A DNA stretch of 64,000 nucleotides, taken from assembly GCA_051362555.1 (NCBI GenBank), contig CM120646.1, positions 15,996,001 to 16,060,000 of the forward strand, read 5' to 3'. Positions 25,888-39,560 of this stretch are shown piece after piece; position 1 is the first letter of the stretch, and every line of letters begins with the position of its first letter. This DNA is from Lingula anatina (lineage: Eukaryota; Animalia; Brachiopoda). The position numbers and the translations under genes are program-made. The notes under the pieces were generated by a model. The model was not told the origin of the DNA and ran no database searches. It worked only from the letters and a program-made list of their open reading frames with translations.

Positions 25888-28720
25888 GATTGTAATTACT
25901 AAACTAAAATTATTAACAAGAGATTAGCGATAAACGGCTTAATCTAGCACAATAACCTGACGAATGTTTACTGCACAACAATGCGTCCCTTTTTTATAAC
26001 GCTCCAGGTATAGATCATATCAGGGGTTGAATTTCATCCGGTATTACGCAAAATTCACTGCGGTAATTCTAATTACTAAAATGGTTTAGAATTATTAAAA
26101 TAGATTTCCCCGAAACAAATGTAAATTCATCACCCCGGTTAGTACTGTGACGTCAGGTCGCTGGTTGGGCTACCCTAGACGATCATAACGGCACGTTTTT
26201 AGCCTATCCTTTATTTCTCTGACCTTGTTTATCATAACCTTCGGGCATGCAGTGTATTTCTTGATACGTCAACGTTCTCGGTGGATCATGCAATAATCTC
26301 AAGGCACGGCGGTCTTCCTGACAACGACTTAACATAAATTATTCCTAGCGGTTGATAAATTAGGCAGTGTTTCAATGTTTATGGGCACGTACACTAACCA
26401 GCAGCAGGTTGTTGAAATAATATATAATCATGAACTTTTTAAGTCGGAAGTGGCTGACGATATCAAGTAAAGCCGTGTCAAATGTCACTTGGATATATAT
26501 TTCTTCTTTGCAACTGCTGTAGTACAAGCTTAAGGGACCGGTTATTAATCTCGCGTTCACTGGTGTTAAGAAACCAAGGGCCGTATACAGATAGTCCGCC
26601 CACTATTAGGGTGCATTCCCAGAGATTTAGATCGATCCAGAGATTAAGATTAAGAACGACCTAACTCCCTGGGGGTTCACGCTAAATTGCAGTCAGCCGA
26701 GCGCGCACCATATTTAATTACCCCCTTACAGCTTTTAGTAGGCGGGACAGACGTTTAAGCCGGCTACACAGGGATAGATCCATCTAAAATCTATGGAAAT
26801 GGGGACTTAGATGTGTGCAGCCAGTTTTAGTGTTACGTTGGTACACGTATATCAGGTACTGCATGAAAAATCTTTATTTTAATCGACTTTTTAAAAGTGA
26901 GTTTTAACTGTCGCTGCAAAGCGTACACCTGGCCACGTATCTCGTAAGCATCGCGTACTGCGAATAGCGTTATCACATAGAGGCTACAAAGTATTATATG
27001 GGGCGAGTATGGGTGAGTTATGGAATCGAGACGCTTGCGCACGGTCGCAATGCCCGTTGCTTTCGAGATACGGGGCCCTGATCCTATATTACATACATCT
27101 GACAGCCAAAAATGTAAAAAATAAAAGGTAACAAAATCTTTAAGTGTTGCCCCTGTCGCAGATTGGAGAAGTAAAGGGAGAAAAAATTGGGGTACTTAGA
27201 ATTGAATGTTTTAATGTATTCATCGACTTACTGTGGTCCATAAAAATCAATGTTCAATTTCTTTTTTAGAATCCGAAATTTAATTCTTGTCTTGAATTAT
27301 TTATCAAGTTGGCTTTATTATTTGCGGTAAGAAATGTTAATTTAAATTTAATAATGATTTTTAAAAAATTTTATGGGGATAGACGTCCATTTACATAAAT
27401 TACACATTCAATTGTATTAATTAAAATCATTTACGATGTTACCTCTGACATTTTTATGGATCCTTTTTTATCTTATTGTGTATTTCTTCATCAGTTTGTT
27501 GCGTTTCCTCACTACTTTCTCTCTTATTTTCTGTGTTTTGAATATATTAGCACACAAATAAAGCAACAAATCTAACTGTACATAAAGAAAAACATTTACT
27601 AAAGAGTCAGAAACCGACACCACTAAAATTTTATGAGTCACATTTTACATTAAAGAGTATATGCAGTTTACACCTGCGTTCTCAGTTAATACAGTAATGG
27701 ATTTACTTTTTTCCAGATCTAGATGTCAGCGCAGTTGCTGGTAGATTATGTGGTAATGTTCAACTGACTATGCGATCACCATATGCATCTCACCATACTA
27801 AATACTTAAACCAAATTATTATGAGTACATGAGAAAATAAACTTAAATTTCTAATACATATTAAATTAATACAAAACATGTTTTATTAACCATTATCTAT
27901 GTAATTAAAAAAATTACCAACATTTAAAACATATATGGAAAAAAACATTAAAAAATATATGGGAAGAAAATCGCAAAATCCATTTAAACATATGAGTAAA
28001 ATAAGACCCATGGCTTTATGAAGTAAGTTCAACAGTATCGTAGACCATAAAACATGCCATTTCATAAATATATAACAATAATAAGCTCAGATACATATTG
28101 TAACTTATCCAATCTATGTGTCTAGATCTTGAATAATAAAACTCAATGTGTACAAAAGGCAAATGTAGATTACCTCAAGTAAACTGCCTCAGTGAAGAGG
28201 TAAGGGACTCTCAACGGAAATATTTTTTGCAATGGATTACTTAATACAAATTTTTATAATACCAAAAGTGTATACCATGTGGTATATTTAGCAGATAAAC
28301 GTAATAAGGAATGGATCTTCTGCCGTAAAACATGTCATCCCACTCATGAATATATAACAATAATGAGCTATGATACATATCGTAACTTATCAAATATTTG
28401 TGTCTAGATCTTGAGTAATTCGAGAATAATGCAATACTCTACATTATAAAAAAACAGAAAATATTACAAAAGTTAACTCTCTGACAAAGCGCCGCTGTTG
28501 GGAAGTTAATGCTATGCAAACAAAATAGTAAACAAACAAACGAACGAACAAACAAACAAACAAACAAACAAATAAATAAATAAAAATCCCACTCCCTGTA
28601 CAGAGATTTGTAAAAATAAATTTGCAAAAAGAGAAGAGTGAGGTGAAAGTGTCTGACAGCTGGCAAAGTGGGCATACACTAATTTTGGGCGCGCTGAACT
28701 TCAGTGGTGGCATTTTCCTT

Positions 28721-28914
28721 TCAGATGGCGTGTCTTCCTGGGTAGCGAGACTGCATTTCAATGCTTTCTGGCAAGGTGGAGAGTTGTCTGTAATGTGCCG
28801 AGACGCACACCATGGCGTAAATCTGAAACACAAAAAAGACAGTTACTAAAACAGTGTATATATAAAGAAAACACACAAACACACACACACACACACATAC
28901 ACACACACACACAC

Positions 28915-29010
<96 letters not shown>

Positions 29011-32000
29011 TTACACTAACAAGAACTATTACCACTGCTAAAATAAATGCCACTATCGTGATTGGGTTGGTAAACACGAGAGCTACAAGAAAAAGTAGGA
29101 ATAAATATTATTTACATACGAGGCCTTGGATTTACATACATAATCGACAGCATATCTATTTGATTAAAACCTTTGGCATAGCGTTCCTACATGTATATGT
29201 AGTACTTAACACTGGGTAAAAAATTACTGAACTTAAAAGAAAAATGTTTTGGGAGATTCTGTACTATTAGAAGTCATGTTTTGTATAAACGAATTTTCTA
29301 CAATTATAGGTCATTCCTTTTTTCTTACCAATGACAAGGAAATACAGGATCAAATTAATCGCTTGCAAAACAATGAGAACCGCGGTCAAAATCATCCACG
29401 GTAAAAACATCCCACGGATGCCCTGAAATACGAAAACTAAAGGTAAACATAGCAGTCCTCCCTCCCGTGACATACACATTGATATATAACTGGGGTGAAA
29501 TGATCCACAAAAAGGGTTTTTTTTTGTGTACTGAAGCCCTCCGCTGTACCCCTACCCCATGCCCACCACACCCACACATCTTGTTTCCATAATATTGATC
29601 TCTTTTCGCAATCGGATATTGATAACAGCGCATTTTAATCGCTGCCTATTCGAGGATTTTCAATTTTTCACAACAGATTTCATTAAACCTGGCGCAAGTT
29701 CAATCAAAATACTAGATGTAGCTTTCTCCTGTTATGTAGGCTTTTCTTGGAATGCTTACTTGAAAACTTTGATAACAGAATAAAACCTCATGAAACGGTG
29801 TCGTATGACCTTAGCTGACAATGTTTATAGCTATAAAGAGCATTGAATTAAAGAACTGACCATAACGACACCTATCATGAGCAGAATAGAGAATAAGAAC
29901 CACAGCCCCGTCACAGCAATGTCCGCCCAATATAAGTAGAACAGATGTCCTAGAACAGAGAGGTCGTCTGAAAAAAAAAAGAGAGAGAAAATGTCAGGCA
30001 TAATAATGGATAAGAGGTAGATTATAATTATCTAGAACGTGATTTTTCAGAATGAATTGTGTTCGTCATTCATTGAACAAAAGTCCATGAATAATTATTG
30101 TCTATTGAACAGTGGTCAAGAATCTTGAGAATCTTTTAAGAAACTTATTCATACAATTATAAACTTACCGTGGGCTTCATAAATTAAACTAATCTCATAG
30201 CCACGTAGGCCCAGCGATAAGGCCCCGATGATCTGAAACCAGACATAAATACAGACTGGACGTTTAAAATGGAATGTTTTAGTGCCAAAGGTATGTCTAG
30301 GTAAAATATATTATTTGTATCTAAAAAGTGCATTGCAGTTATGATAATAGATAAATGTGTTGTGTTGTCAGGCGTGTCAGTAACAATTACCACACTGCCT
30401 TCACTGAAGCAGTGCGTATAACGTAATGTATGGTAATTTCTTAGGGTAGTGTTCTTTAGGCTGGCCAATTATGACTATGGCAGTGCATGGTCCAGTCAAA
30501 AAAGTTTCGATATGTCGGCAACGCCTGCACAAAAGATTTTGGAATTTTGCATACAAATAGCGGATGTCACCCTATGTAAACTGAATGAAGCAAAATGGTA
30601 TATACAGCATTGTTGCTCTGCGTCAGAATGGTGCAAAACATTGCTGGGCAGATTATTGTGTCACAAGGAACGCTGCACACAGGCTTACCAAGAAGTTGGA
30701 GCCTCATTCCAACTTCTTTGGTTTACAGAAGTATGTCCAAACCGGTGCACCTACACACAGGCCACGCAAAAGGTATCAAGAAAAACGGGATCCATTTTTC
30801 TTACGCTTTTTATTGCTACAAATAAACAAAGACAGCCAGTTCCCTTGAGAATGAGGGGCAAATTGTCACCAAAGAGCATTTTCACTGCCCATTGTAATCG
30901 TAATACCGCTTTAAGCAGGTTATTATACCAGAAAACCCTCTGTGAACAGTGCAACATTGTCGTCTATTTCCGTAATGAGTTTGGAACCATTAACGTTTCT
31001 GGACACAGCACTGGAAACGAGACCATCCCCACAGATATTTGGATCGATCTATCTCCCTGGAGAGTCTCAGTAAATTGCTATCAAACTAAACGTCTGTCAC
31101 GCCTAGTAGGATGTAATTATCTTTACACCTAGCTGATTCGGTAGTCGTGGCAGATATTTAAGCCTCTTGAGCAATTTAGCGTGAACCCCCAGGGAGTTAG
31201 GTCGATCCAGATAGATCGATCTAAGTACGGGAACCTAGACAAATGGGCAAATTATAGTTCACAGGCAATTTAAAGAGGCCTACGACTAAAGTATGTCACT
31301 CTCAGAGCAATTGGGTGCGGTCGATTTCTAGAATATCATTTTAGTTCTAACTGCAAGAAACCTGTCAGAAGGAATACCTTGCCGTTTTAGAGCCCTAGTA
31401 GCAGCCAGATGAGGCAAGAAACTGGTATGAGCGTCCTTTGTGGAGCTTTTAACTCTTTCACTGCTGATAATTTGGAAATGTGCAGAACGAAATGACGCTT
31501 TTTAATGGTTGTTGTTTGACTAAGAATCAGACATGTAGGCTATTTTTATTTGCTTAAATATACAGTATATACAATTACACTGAGAAGATTATAAATTAAA
31601 TCCTTGTTTTCATTTATAAATAGAAAAAATGGGAAAAATCGGAGAAAAATGATTTGGAAAAATATAACATATTAAATGTGCTTCATGTAGTACTAGTTAG
31701 CGTCTATAGTCCTGATAGTTTTTACAAGTCGACGTTTTGAGGGTGAAAAATTACAGAGACCGCATTTTTATATAGCTGACGTGCAGCGCTGTGATTGTAG
31801 TATTCATGCCGGTACATTCCCCTGACTACAATCAGTAGTCAAGGGTTAACCTCCCCCCCCCCCCACACACACACACTTTAAAACCAAGTCAACCCTAAGT
31901 AAAATACAAGAAGCAGGGAGCGGGGGCAGGGGAAGGGGCACTTCTACAAGTCTAATGTATATTTAGATATTGCATTGCCGGTCAACATCACAATCAACTG

Positions 32001-32326
32001 AAGCAAATTCTAGTACATACTCGGTGCATGCATTTTCGCATTTTCCCCCGCTGAAACTTTTTTCTTAAATGTTTTATCCCTAAAAAAGGTAACTACCTAC
32101 ACGCCTGCCTGATGATGCATTTAACAAATGTAAAACGTCAGGAAAGGCTCTCGCACTGAATATTACTCCACATCTTTCATCTCTCTATTCATTTTTGTCA
32201 ATTTTTAAATAAATTCATATAATAGTGTTACTTCTACACTTTGTAGTTTTTCATACTTACCATAGACCATATCGCACTTGCAATGGAGCCCTGTTCCAGG
32301 TCCATACAGCCACAACACGTCTCCAT
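28721..32326 (-). CDS. Four-TM LAPTM4-like protein, tandem copy 2 (166 aa)
   Basis: Exons 32261-32326 (METCCGCMDLEQGSIASAIWSM), 30169-30232, 29861-29967, 29329-29422, 29015-29082, 28721-28822. All GT-AG, same sizes as copy 1. Confidence 0.88.
28875..29007. repeat. Compound (CA)n(TA)n(GA)n microsatellite in the last intron of copy 2; homologous (TA)n(GA)n at 35460-35560
   Basis: Read directly from the sequence. Confidence 0.9.
31025..31235. mobile_element. Old palindromic dispersed repeat (family B); other copies at ~3750-4040, ~10300-10490, ~16775-16860, ~26615-26805
   Basis: Shared degenerate motifs TAGATCGATC.. at the ends, TTAA.CGTCTG.CACGCCT, and GCAATTTAGCGTGAACCCCCAGGGAGTTAGGTCG (reverse complement at ~26657-26690). 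Confidence 0.55.
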
Positions 32327-35069
32327 AATTGTAAGAACCAACAAAATATTTCAGAAAAAGATATATCGACTAACGGCTTGATCTGGCGCGATAATCTTAC
32401 GAAATGTTAACTGCGCAATACTGCGTTCCCGAAGTGCCCCTTTTGTGTAAAATTGCTATAATTCATCAAGCACGTGAGGCCAAATGCCGTGTAAAATGTG
32501 TCGCCCTTGGAGATAGCAGACATTAGAATAAGGAAAAGGTGATGTGCGAACGGACATTTAGCCTAATCATATACATTCTATACACTACAAATTAGACAAG
32601 AATCGATTTGAATTTGAATTTGTTAAACAAATCACCAGTGTTCCTCCTGGAAAACTGTTAAATTTTTATACGCGTACTACAGATTTATGCCTTGCCATCT
32701 TGCTAAACTTTTCACTTAAAGATAAGAGCCCAGGAAAAAAAAAAGAAAATCAAGAAACCCAACATACGCTCCCAAACCGTTGTTATCTTATGACAGCATC
32801 TGTATATCTGTATCTGAAGACGAATGAAGTCCATGAACATTGTAAAATAATATAACAACCAGTATTATACAATGACGTTTTTAGCCAGGAGGCGCCAGCA
32901 ATGATACTGATGGCTGAAGGCACTGTCACACCTAGCATACAGCACCAACTAATATTTCACAAAAAATTAAAAGTGCGTTGATCAGCTGTACTTGGGTACT
33001 GCTTTCTGTTGTTTAACGCGTTTTAACACTAAAAGTACTCTACACCGGCCGCGTCCTATTTTATACTTTTTTCGCGATTTCAGCTCATTTGTTCGATGTA
33101 GGCCGCAAATGACTAACCTACTTCGTATTTAGAAATAAAGACAGGGATTCCTTGATCTGGCGTCTGACATCCCAGAAAATGTCTAGAATGAGTAACTCAT
33201 TTTGAAATACCTTGCGTCTATTTCCGCGGTATCGCAGGGTTAAAAAACCTCCGTTACGTGTTTCGTCGCAGGTAATCGTTTTTAGATGTTTGATGTTTTA
33301 GTAATATTTTAGCCATTAATTGAAATCTTTGATTCAGTTACATCTATAATTAGCTAGATGATATGTGGACAGGGTACTGTTAGATGGTTTACAGGAAACA
33401 CGACAAAACTGCATTCCCAGGGCAGCCTAGTATTTTGTTAGTATTAATAAATTGCAAATATTATTCAAACAGGTGTAATCTCGCGTTCACCGGTGTTAGG
33501 AAACCAAGAGACCGTGTAAGAAGTAGTCATTCCGCTATGAGATGCATTCAAGTCAGTGTTAATGTTGCTTTGGTACAGGTATAATAGGTACCGCATGAAA
33601 TATCTTTATACTAATTGACTTTTTAAAAGTGATTTTTTCTTGAAAGGCGTATACCTAATCCTTTATCACATATATCTGGCAGACAAAAATGTAAAAATAA
33701 CAGGTAACACAATCTTCATGTTTCTCCTGTCGCAGATTCGAGAAGTAAAGGGAGAGAAAATTAGGTCATTAAGGAAAGCTGACGAAATAAAAGACAATAA
33801 AATAAAAAAGGATCAATAAAAATGTCAGAGGCAACATCGTAATTAATTTTTTGATTAATACATTTTCGTGTTATTATGTAAAAATTATCATTGTAAAATA
33901 TAGATTTAAATTGACATTTCTTATCACAAAAACAAAGCCAGCTTGATAAAATAATCAAAGACACGAATGGAATTTCGGATTCTGACAAAACAATTGAACA
34001 TTTATTTGTATGGACCACAGTAAGTCGATGAATACATTAAAACATATCACCACACAAATAAAAGAACAAGTCTTTCTATATATAAAGAAAAAACATTTAT
34101 TAAACAGTCAGTAAACCAACACCACTAAAAGCTAATGAGTCACATTTTACATAAAAGAGTATATGCAGTTTACAACTGCGTCCTCAGTCAATACAGTGAT
34201 AGATATAAATTTTTCCACATCTAGATGCCGGCTGAGTTGCTGGTAGATTACAGTATGTGGTAATGTTCAGCTGACTATGCGATCACCATATGCATCTCAC
34301 CATACTTAATGCTTAACCAAATTATGATGTGTTCATGAGAAAATAAACTCAAATTTCTGATACATGTTTTATTCACCGTTATCTATGTAATTAAAAAATA
34401 TAAATATTTAAAATGTATATGGAAAAACATTAAAAAATATATATGGATATCACAATATCCATTTCACAATATGTGTAAAATAAGACCCATGCCTTTATAA
34501 AATAAGCTGTGTAGGGTACCTTCGAACGCTTTCGACGGCAAAAGTGGTCCATTCTACATATACATGTACGCGCATCTGTACATGTACGAACAGTACCGTA
34601 GACTGTAAAACATGCCATCCCTTTCATAAATATATAACAATAATGAGCTCAGATCACATATCGTTACTTATGCAATCAATGTGTCAAAATCTTGAATAAT
34701 TAAGCTCATTATGTACAGAAGACTAACGGAGAATGCCTCATGTAAGCTGACTCAGAGAACAGGCAAGGGACTACTGACGAAATATTTTTTTGCAATGAAT
34801 TTAATAAGACCAAAAGTGTATAGCATGGAGTATATTTAGCGGATAAACGTGATAAGGAATGGGTCTTCTACCGTAAAACATGTCATCCCACTCGTGAATA
34901 TATAACAATAATGAGCTATGATGCATATCGTAACTCTTCCAATACTTGTTTCTAGATCTTGAATAATTAGAGAATTATGCAATACTCTACATTGTTAAAA
35001 AATCAGAAAATATTACAAAAGTGTACTCTCTGCCAAAACTCGGCAGTTTATGTTATGCAAACAAAATAA

Positions 35070-35108
<39 letters not shown>

Positions 35109-35257
35109 AAATCCCACTTCCTGTACTGAGATTCTATAAAAGAGATTTGTGAAAACGGTAAAACTGAAGAATCGTGAGGTGAAAGTGTCTGATAGGTCGC
35201 AAAGATGGGATTATTCTAATTTTTGGGGCACTAGACTTCAGAGATGGGATTTTCCTT

Positions 35258-35458
35258 TCAAGTGGTGTGTTTTCCCGGGTAGTGAGGCTGCATATCAATG
35301 CTTCCTGTCACGGCGGAGAGTTGTCTGAAATATGCCGAGACACACACCATGGCGTAAATCTGAAACACAAAAGTAAGACCGCAGTTACTAAAACAGTGTG
35401 ATTATAGATACAGCATCTTAAAAATGAGGATATGATACAAAATAATGAAAAACTATTC

Positions 35459-35549
<91 letters not shown>

Positions 35550-38267
35550 GGGGGGGGGGAGACTTACACTAACAAGAACTATCACCACTGCTAAAATGAA
35601 TGCCACTGCTGTGATTGGGTTGGTAAACACGAGAGCTACAAGAAAAAGTAGGAATAAATATTATTCTCACACCAGGCCTTAAATTTTACCAAATGAACAC
35701 AGTTAATAAACAGCATGTATTTGTTTTTAAAGGTATTAAAATACCTTTGGCATAGCGTACCTATATGAAGTACAATTAACACTGGGTATAAAATTACTGA
35801 ATTAAAAAGAAAAATGTTTGGGAGATTCTGCACTATTAGTAGTCATGTTTGATACAGTATAAACGAATTTTCTACAGTTATAGGTCATTCCTATTTTCTT
35901 ACCAATGACAAGGAAATACAGGATCAAAGCAATCGCTTGCAAAACAATGAGAACCGTGGTCAAAATCATCCACGGTAAAAACATCCCACGGATGCCCTGA
36001 AATACGAAAACTAAAGGTAAACATAGCATTACGAACAGCCCACATTGATATATCACTGAGGTAAAATAATCCACAAAAATTTTTTTGGTGTACTGAAGCC
36101 CTCCGCTCTAACCCCGTCTCCATGCCCAACACATTCACACATCTTGTTTCCATAATATTGATCTCTTTTAGCAATCGGATATTGATAACAGCGCATTTTA
36201 ATCGCTGCCTATTGGAGGATTTTCCATTTTTCACACCGGAGTCTATTAAACCTGGCGCAAGTTCAATCAAAATACTAGTAGCATTCCCCTGCAGGCTTAT
36301 CTTAGAATGCTAACTTGAAAACGCTGTCTTATCTTATCAAGAAACTCAGATCAATCAATAAAACACCATGGAACGGTATCGTATTAGCTTAAAGGGATAC
36401 TAACTCTTCGTTTTGGCCAAAAAATGAATTTTCCTGGAGTAAACAACAATTTTCCCATACTTAATGAATCCATTTTTACATTCAAAGTTAGTCCCTGTTT
36501 TTTTTCTAAAAAAGTTTTTTTGTTACAATCTCTTGAGATACATGTATTATAATAGTTATAATCTCTTAAGATATTATAACAGAGTATAGTCATCAGTGGA
36601 GGTCACGTGATCTAAAGACAAGCTCAGATATCAGAATAATAACTATAACTGCCGTTTTTGTGGTCAAACAGAATATATTATATTTCTATGAGTTGTTCAC
36701 AATGTTTTTATTGTGAAATATAGATATCATCAAAAGAGTTATTATCCCTTTAATTGACAATTGTGTCTATAGCTACAAACAGCATTGAATTAGAGAACTG
36801 ACCATAACGACACCTATGATGAGCAGAATAGAGAATAAGATCCACAGCCCCGTCAGAGCGATGTCCACCCAAGACAAGTAGAACACATATCCTTGAACCG
36901 AGGGGTCATCTAAAAAAAGAAGAGAATGTGTCAGGCATAATAATGGATAAGAGGTAGATAATAATCATCTACATGTAGAACGTGATATATAAGAAACAAC
37001 TTCAATTTTACACAAAAGGGGCCCTTCGGGAACGCAGTATTGCGCAGTTAACATTTCGTAAGATTATCGCGCCAGATCAAGCCGTTAGTCGATATATTCA
37101 TTGCATAAAAGTCCATGAATAATTATTGTCTAATGGACACTGCAGCTTGTCAAGAATATATAACTACCGTACTTACCGTGGGCTTTATAAATTAAACTAA
37201 TCTCATAGCCACGTAGGCCCAGCGCTATGGCCCCGATTATCTGAAACCATGCAGACATAAATACAGACTTGACATTTAAAATGGGATTTTTTAGTGCCAA
37301 TGGTATGTCTAGGTAACATGTATTATTTATTTCTAAAAAGTGCATTGCAATTATGAGAATAGATGAATGTGTTGTGTTATCAGGTGCAGGGGCGGATTTA
37401 GGCCGTCTTCTGGGTCTTCCGGAAGACGGTCAGATTTTTAAGTTTACATTGACGGGTATCTAATATTTTCTGTCGGAAGACGGTCAAAAATTGAGGACGA
37501 ATTAACAAAGATTATTTGGAAGACTGTCAGAAAATATCTCTGGATCCGCCCCTGAGGTGTGTCAGTAACAATTACCTGACTGCCTTCACTGAAGCAGTGC
37601 TGCATAACGTAATGTGTGGTGATTTTTTGGGGTAGTGTTCTTTAGGTTGGTCCAATTATGACTATGGCAGAGCATGGTCCAGTCAAAAAAGTCTCGATAT
37701 ATCAGCAAAGCCTGCACAGTGGATTTTGGAATTTTGCATACAAGTAGCGGATGTTACCCTATGTAAACTGAGTGAAGCAAAATCGTAAATATAGCATTGT
37801 TGCTCTGCGCCAGACTGGCCCAAAACAGGAAGACATTGCTTGGGAGATTATTGCGTCAATAATTTGCGGGGGCAGGGGAAGGGGCAAGGGGCAGTGCCCA
37901 CTTCTACAAGCCCAATGTTTATTTAGATATTGCTTTGCCGGTCAACATCACAATCAACTGAAGCAAATTCTAGTACATACTCGGTGCATGCATTTTCGCA
38001 TTTCGTCCCTCTGAACTTTTTTCCTAAATTGTTTTATCCTTTTACTGAAAAAATTAACTTCCTGTCTGGTGATGCATTTAACACACGTAAAACGTAAGGA
38101 AAGGCTCTCTCACTAAATATTACTCCACATCTTTCATCTCTCTATTCATTTTTGGCAATTTTTAAATAATTCACGTCAAATTTCTAGATTGTCAAACTTA
38201 CCATAGACCATATCGCACTTGCAATGGAGCCCTGTTTCAGATTCATACAGCCACAACACGTCTCCAT
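35258..38267 (-). CDS. Four-TM LAPTM4-like protein, tandem copy 3 (166 aa)
   Basis: Exons 38202-38267, 37177-37240, 36803-36909, 35903-35996, 35568-35635, 35258-35359. All GT-AG and in frame. Confidence 0.88.
36393..36749. mobile_element. Kolobok-like non-autonomous DNA transposon (TTAA TSD) in intron 3 of copy 3
   Basis: TTAA|AGGGATACTAACTCTT ... AAGAGTTATTATCCCT|TTAA; absent at the homologous site in copies 2, 4 and 5. Confidence 0.75.
37387..37554. mobile_element. 168-bp MITE with CAGGGGCGGAT TIR and 5-bp TSD AGGTG
   Basis: AGGTG|CAGGGGCGGATTTAG ... CTGGATCCGCCCCTG|AGGTG; empty site at ~30370 in copy 2. Confidence 0.85.
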
Positions 38268-38946
38268 GATTGTAATAACCAACAAAAAAATTATCAGCAA
38301 AAGATGTATAGACTAACGGCTTGATCTGGTGCGATAATCTTACGAAATGTTAACTGCGCAATACTGCGTTCCCAGTACGCCCCTTTTGTGCAAAATTGCT
38401 ATAATTCATCTAGCATGTGATGACAAATGCAGTGATAAATGTTTTGCCCTTGGAGATAGTAAGAATAACATTATAGAATAACAAAAAGGGGGTGTGTGCA
38501 TGAAAATTAGCCTAATCATATACATTCTATACACTACAAATTAGACAAGAATCGCAATTTGAATTTGTTAAACATAAATCACCAGTGTTCTTCTTGGAAA
38601 ACTGCTAAAGTACGATTATTTATACGCGTTCTACATGCTTTGTGCTTTGCCATCTTGCTAAACTATTCACTTAAAGATAATAGCCCAGAAAAAATAAATA
38701 AATAAAAGAAAATCAAGAAACCAAACATACGCTCCCCAACCGTTGTTATCGTATGGCGTCATCTGCATATTGGCCACATTTTATCTGAAGACGAATGAAG
38801 TCGATGAACATTGTAAAATAATATAACAACCAGTATTATACAATGACGTTTTTAGCAAGGGTATGTTTGTATATTGTGTCAGGAGGCGCCAGCAATGATA
38901 CTGATGGATGAAGGCACCGTCACACCTAGCACACAGCACCAACTAA

Positions 38947-39560
38947 CAGGCCTACCCAACTACCAGACTCGGCACATAAGGATCCTGAATTTACCGGTAT
39001 ATCGGACCACACTACCAGTTTTCAAGGTGTGTGTCACATCGCATTTCGGAGTATCATACCCCAGAACAAATTTTGTATGACGACCCCGGGCTCATCCACG
39101 CTCGGCTGTCACCTTGATTGTATAGTAAACGATTGTGGTAAAATCGCTATATGATTTTAAAACCGGGTGCATAAATTTGAAAACCACCTAGAACAACCTT
39201 AGACTGTACTCTTACTTTAGAGTACTCTATTTTATTGTCTCTATGGGGGTATATGGGGACTGAATGCTTTAACCAATTTTGATAGGGCTTTTTTCCATTG
39301 TATTAGATTAATGGGGCAGTCTCAGGTTGTTCTAGGTGGTTTTCAAATTTTTCCACCCGGTTTTAAAAACATATAGCGATTTTACGACAATCGTTTACTA
39401 TCCAATCAAGTTGACAGCCGAGCGTGGGCTCATCCTGTGGGTGTTCTGACTGATACTCCGAAATGCGATCTGACACACACCTTGAAGACGGGCAGTGTGG
39501 TCCGATATACCGGTTAATTCAGGATCCTTATGTGCCGAGTCTGGTAGTTGGGTAGGCCTG
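38947..39560. mobile_element. Foldback MITE family A, copy 2 (614 bp, opposite orientation, 6-bp TSD AACTAA)
   Basis: Same TIR as 5772-6323. The empty paralogous site AGCACCAACTAATATTTC at 32941-32958 has one AACTAA. Confidence 0.92.

Noticed and set aside
30449-31132. 227-aa plus-strand ORF inside intron 1 of copy 2
   Set aside because: It has no recognisable domain in frame, the homologous stretch in copy 3 (~37630-37860) is frameshifted and truncated, and the end runs into a palindromic repeat. At most a decayed transposon relic.
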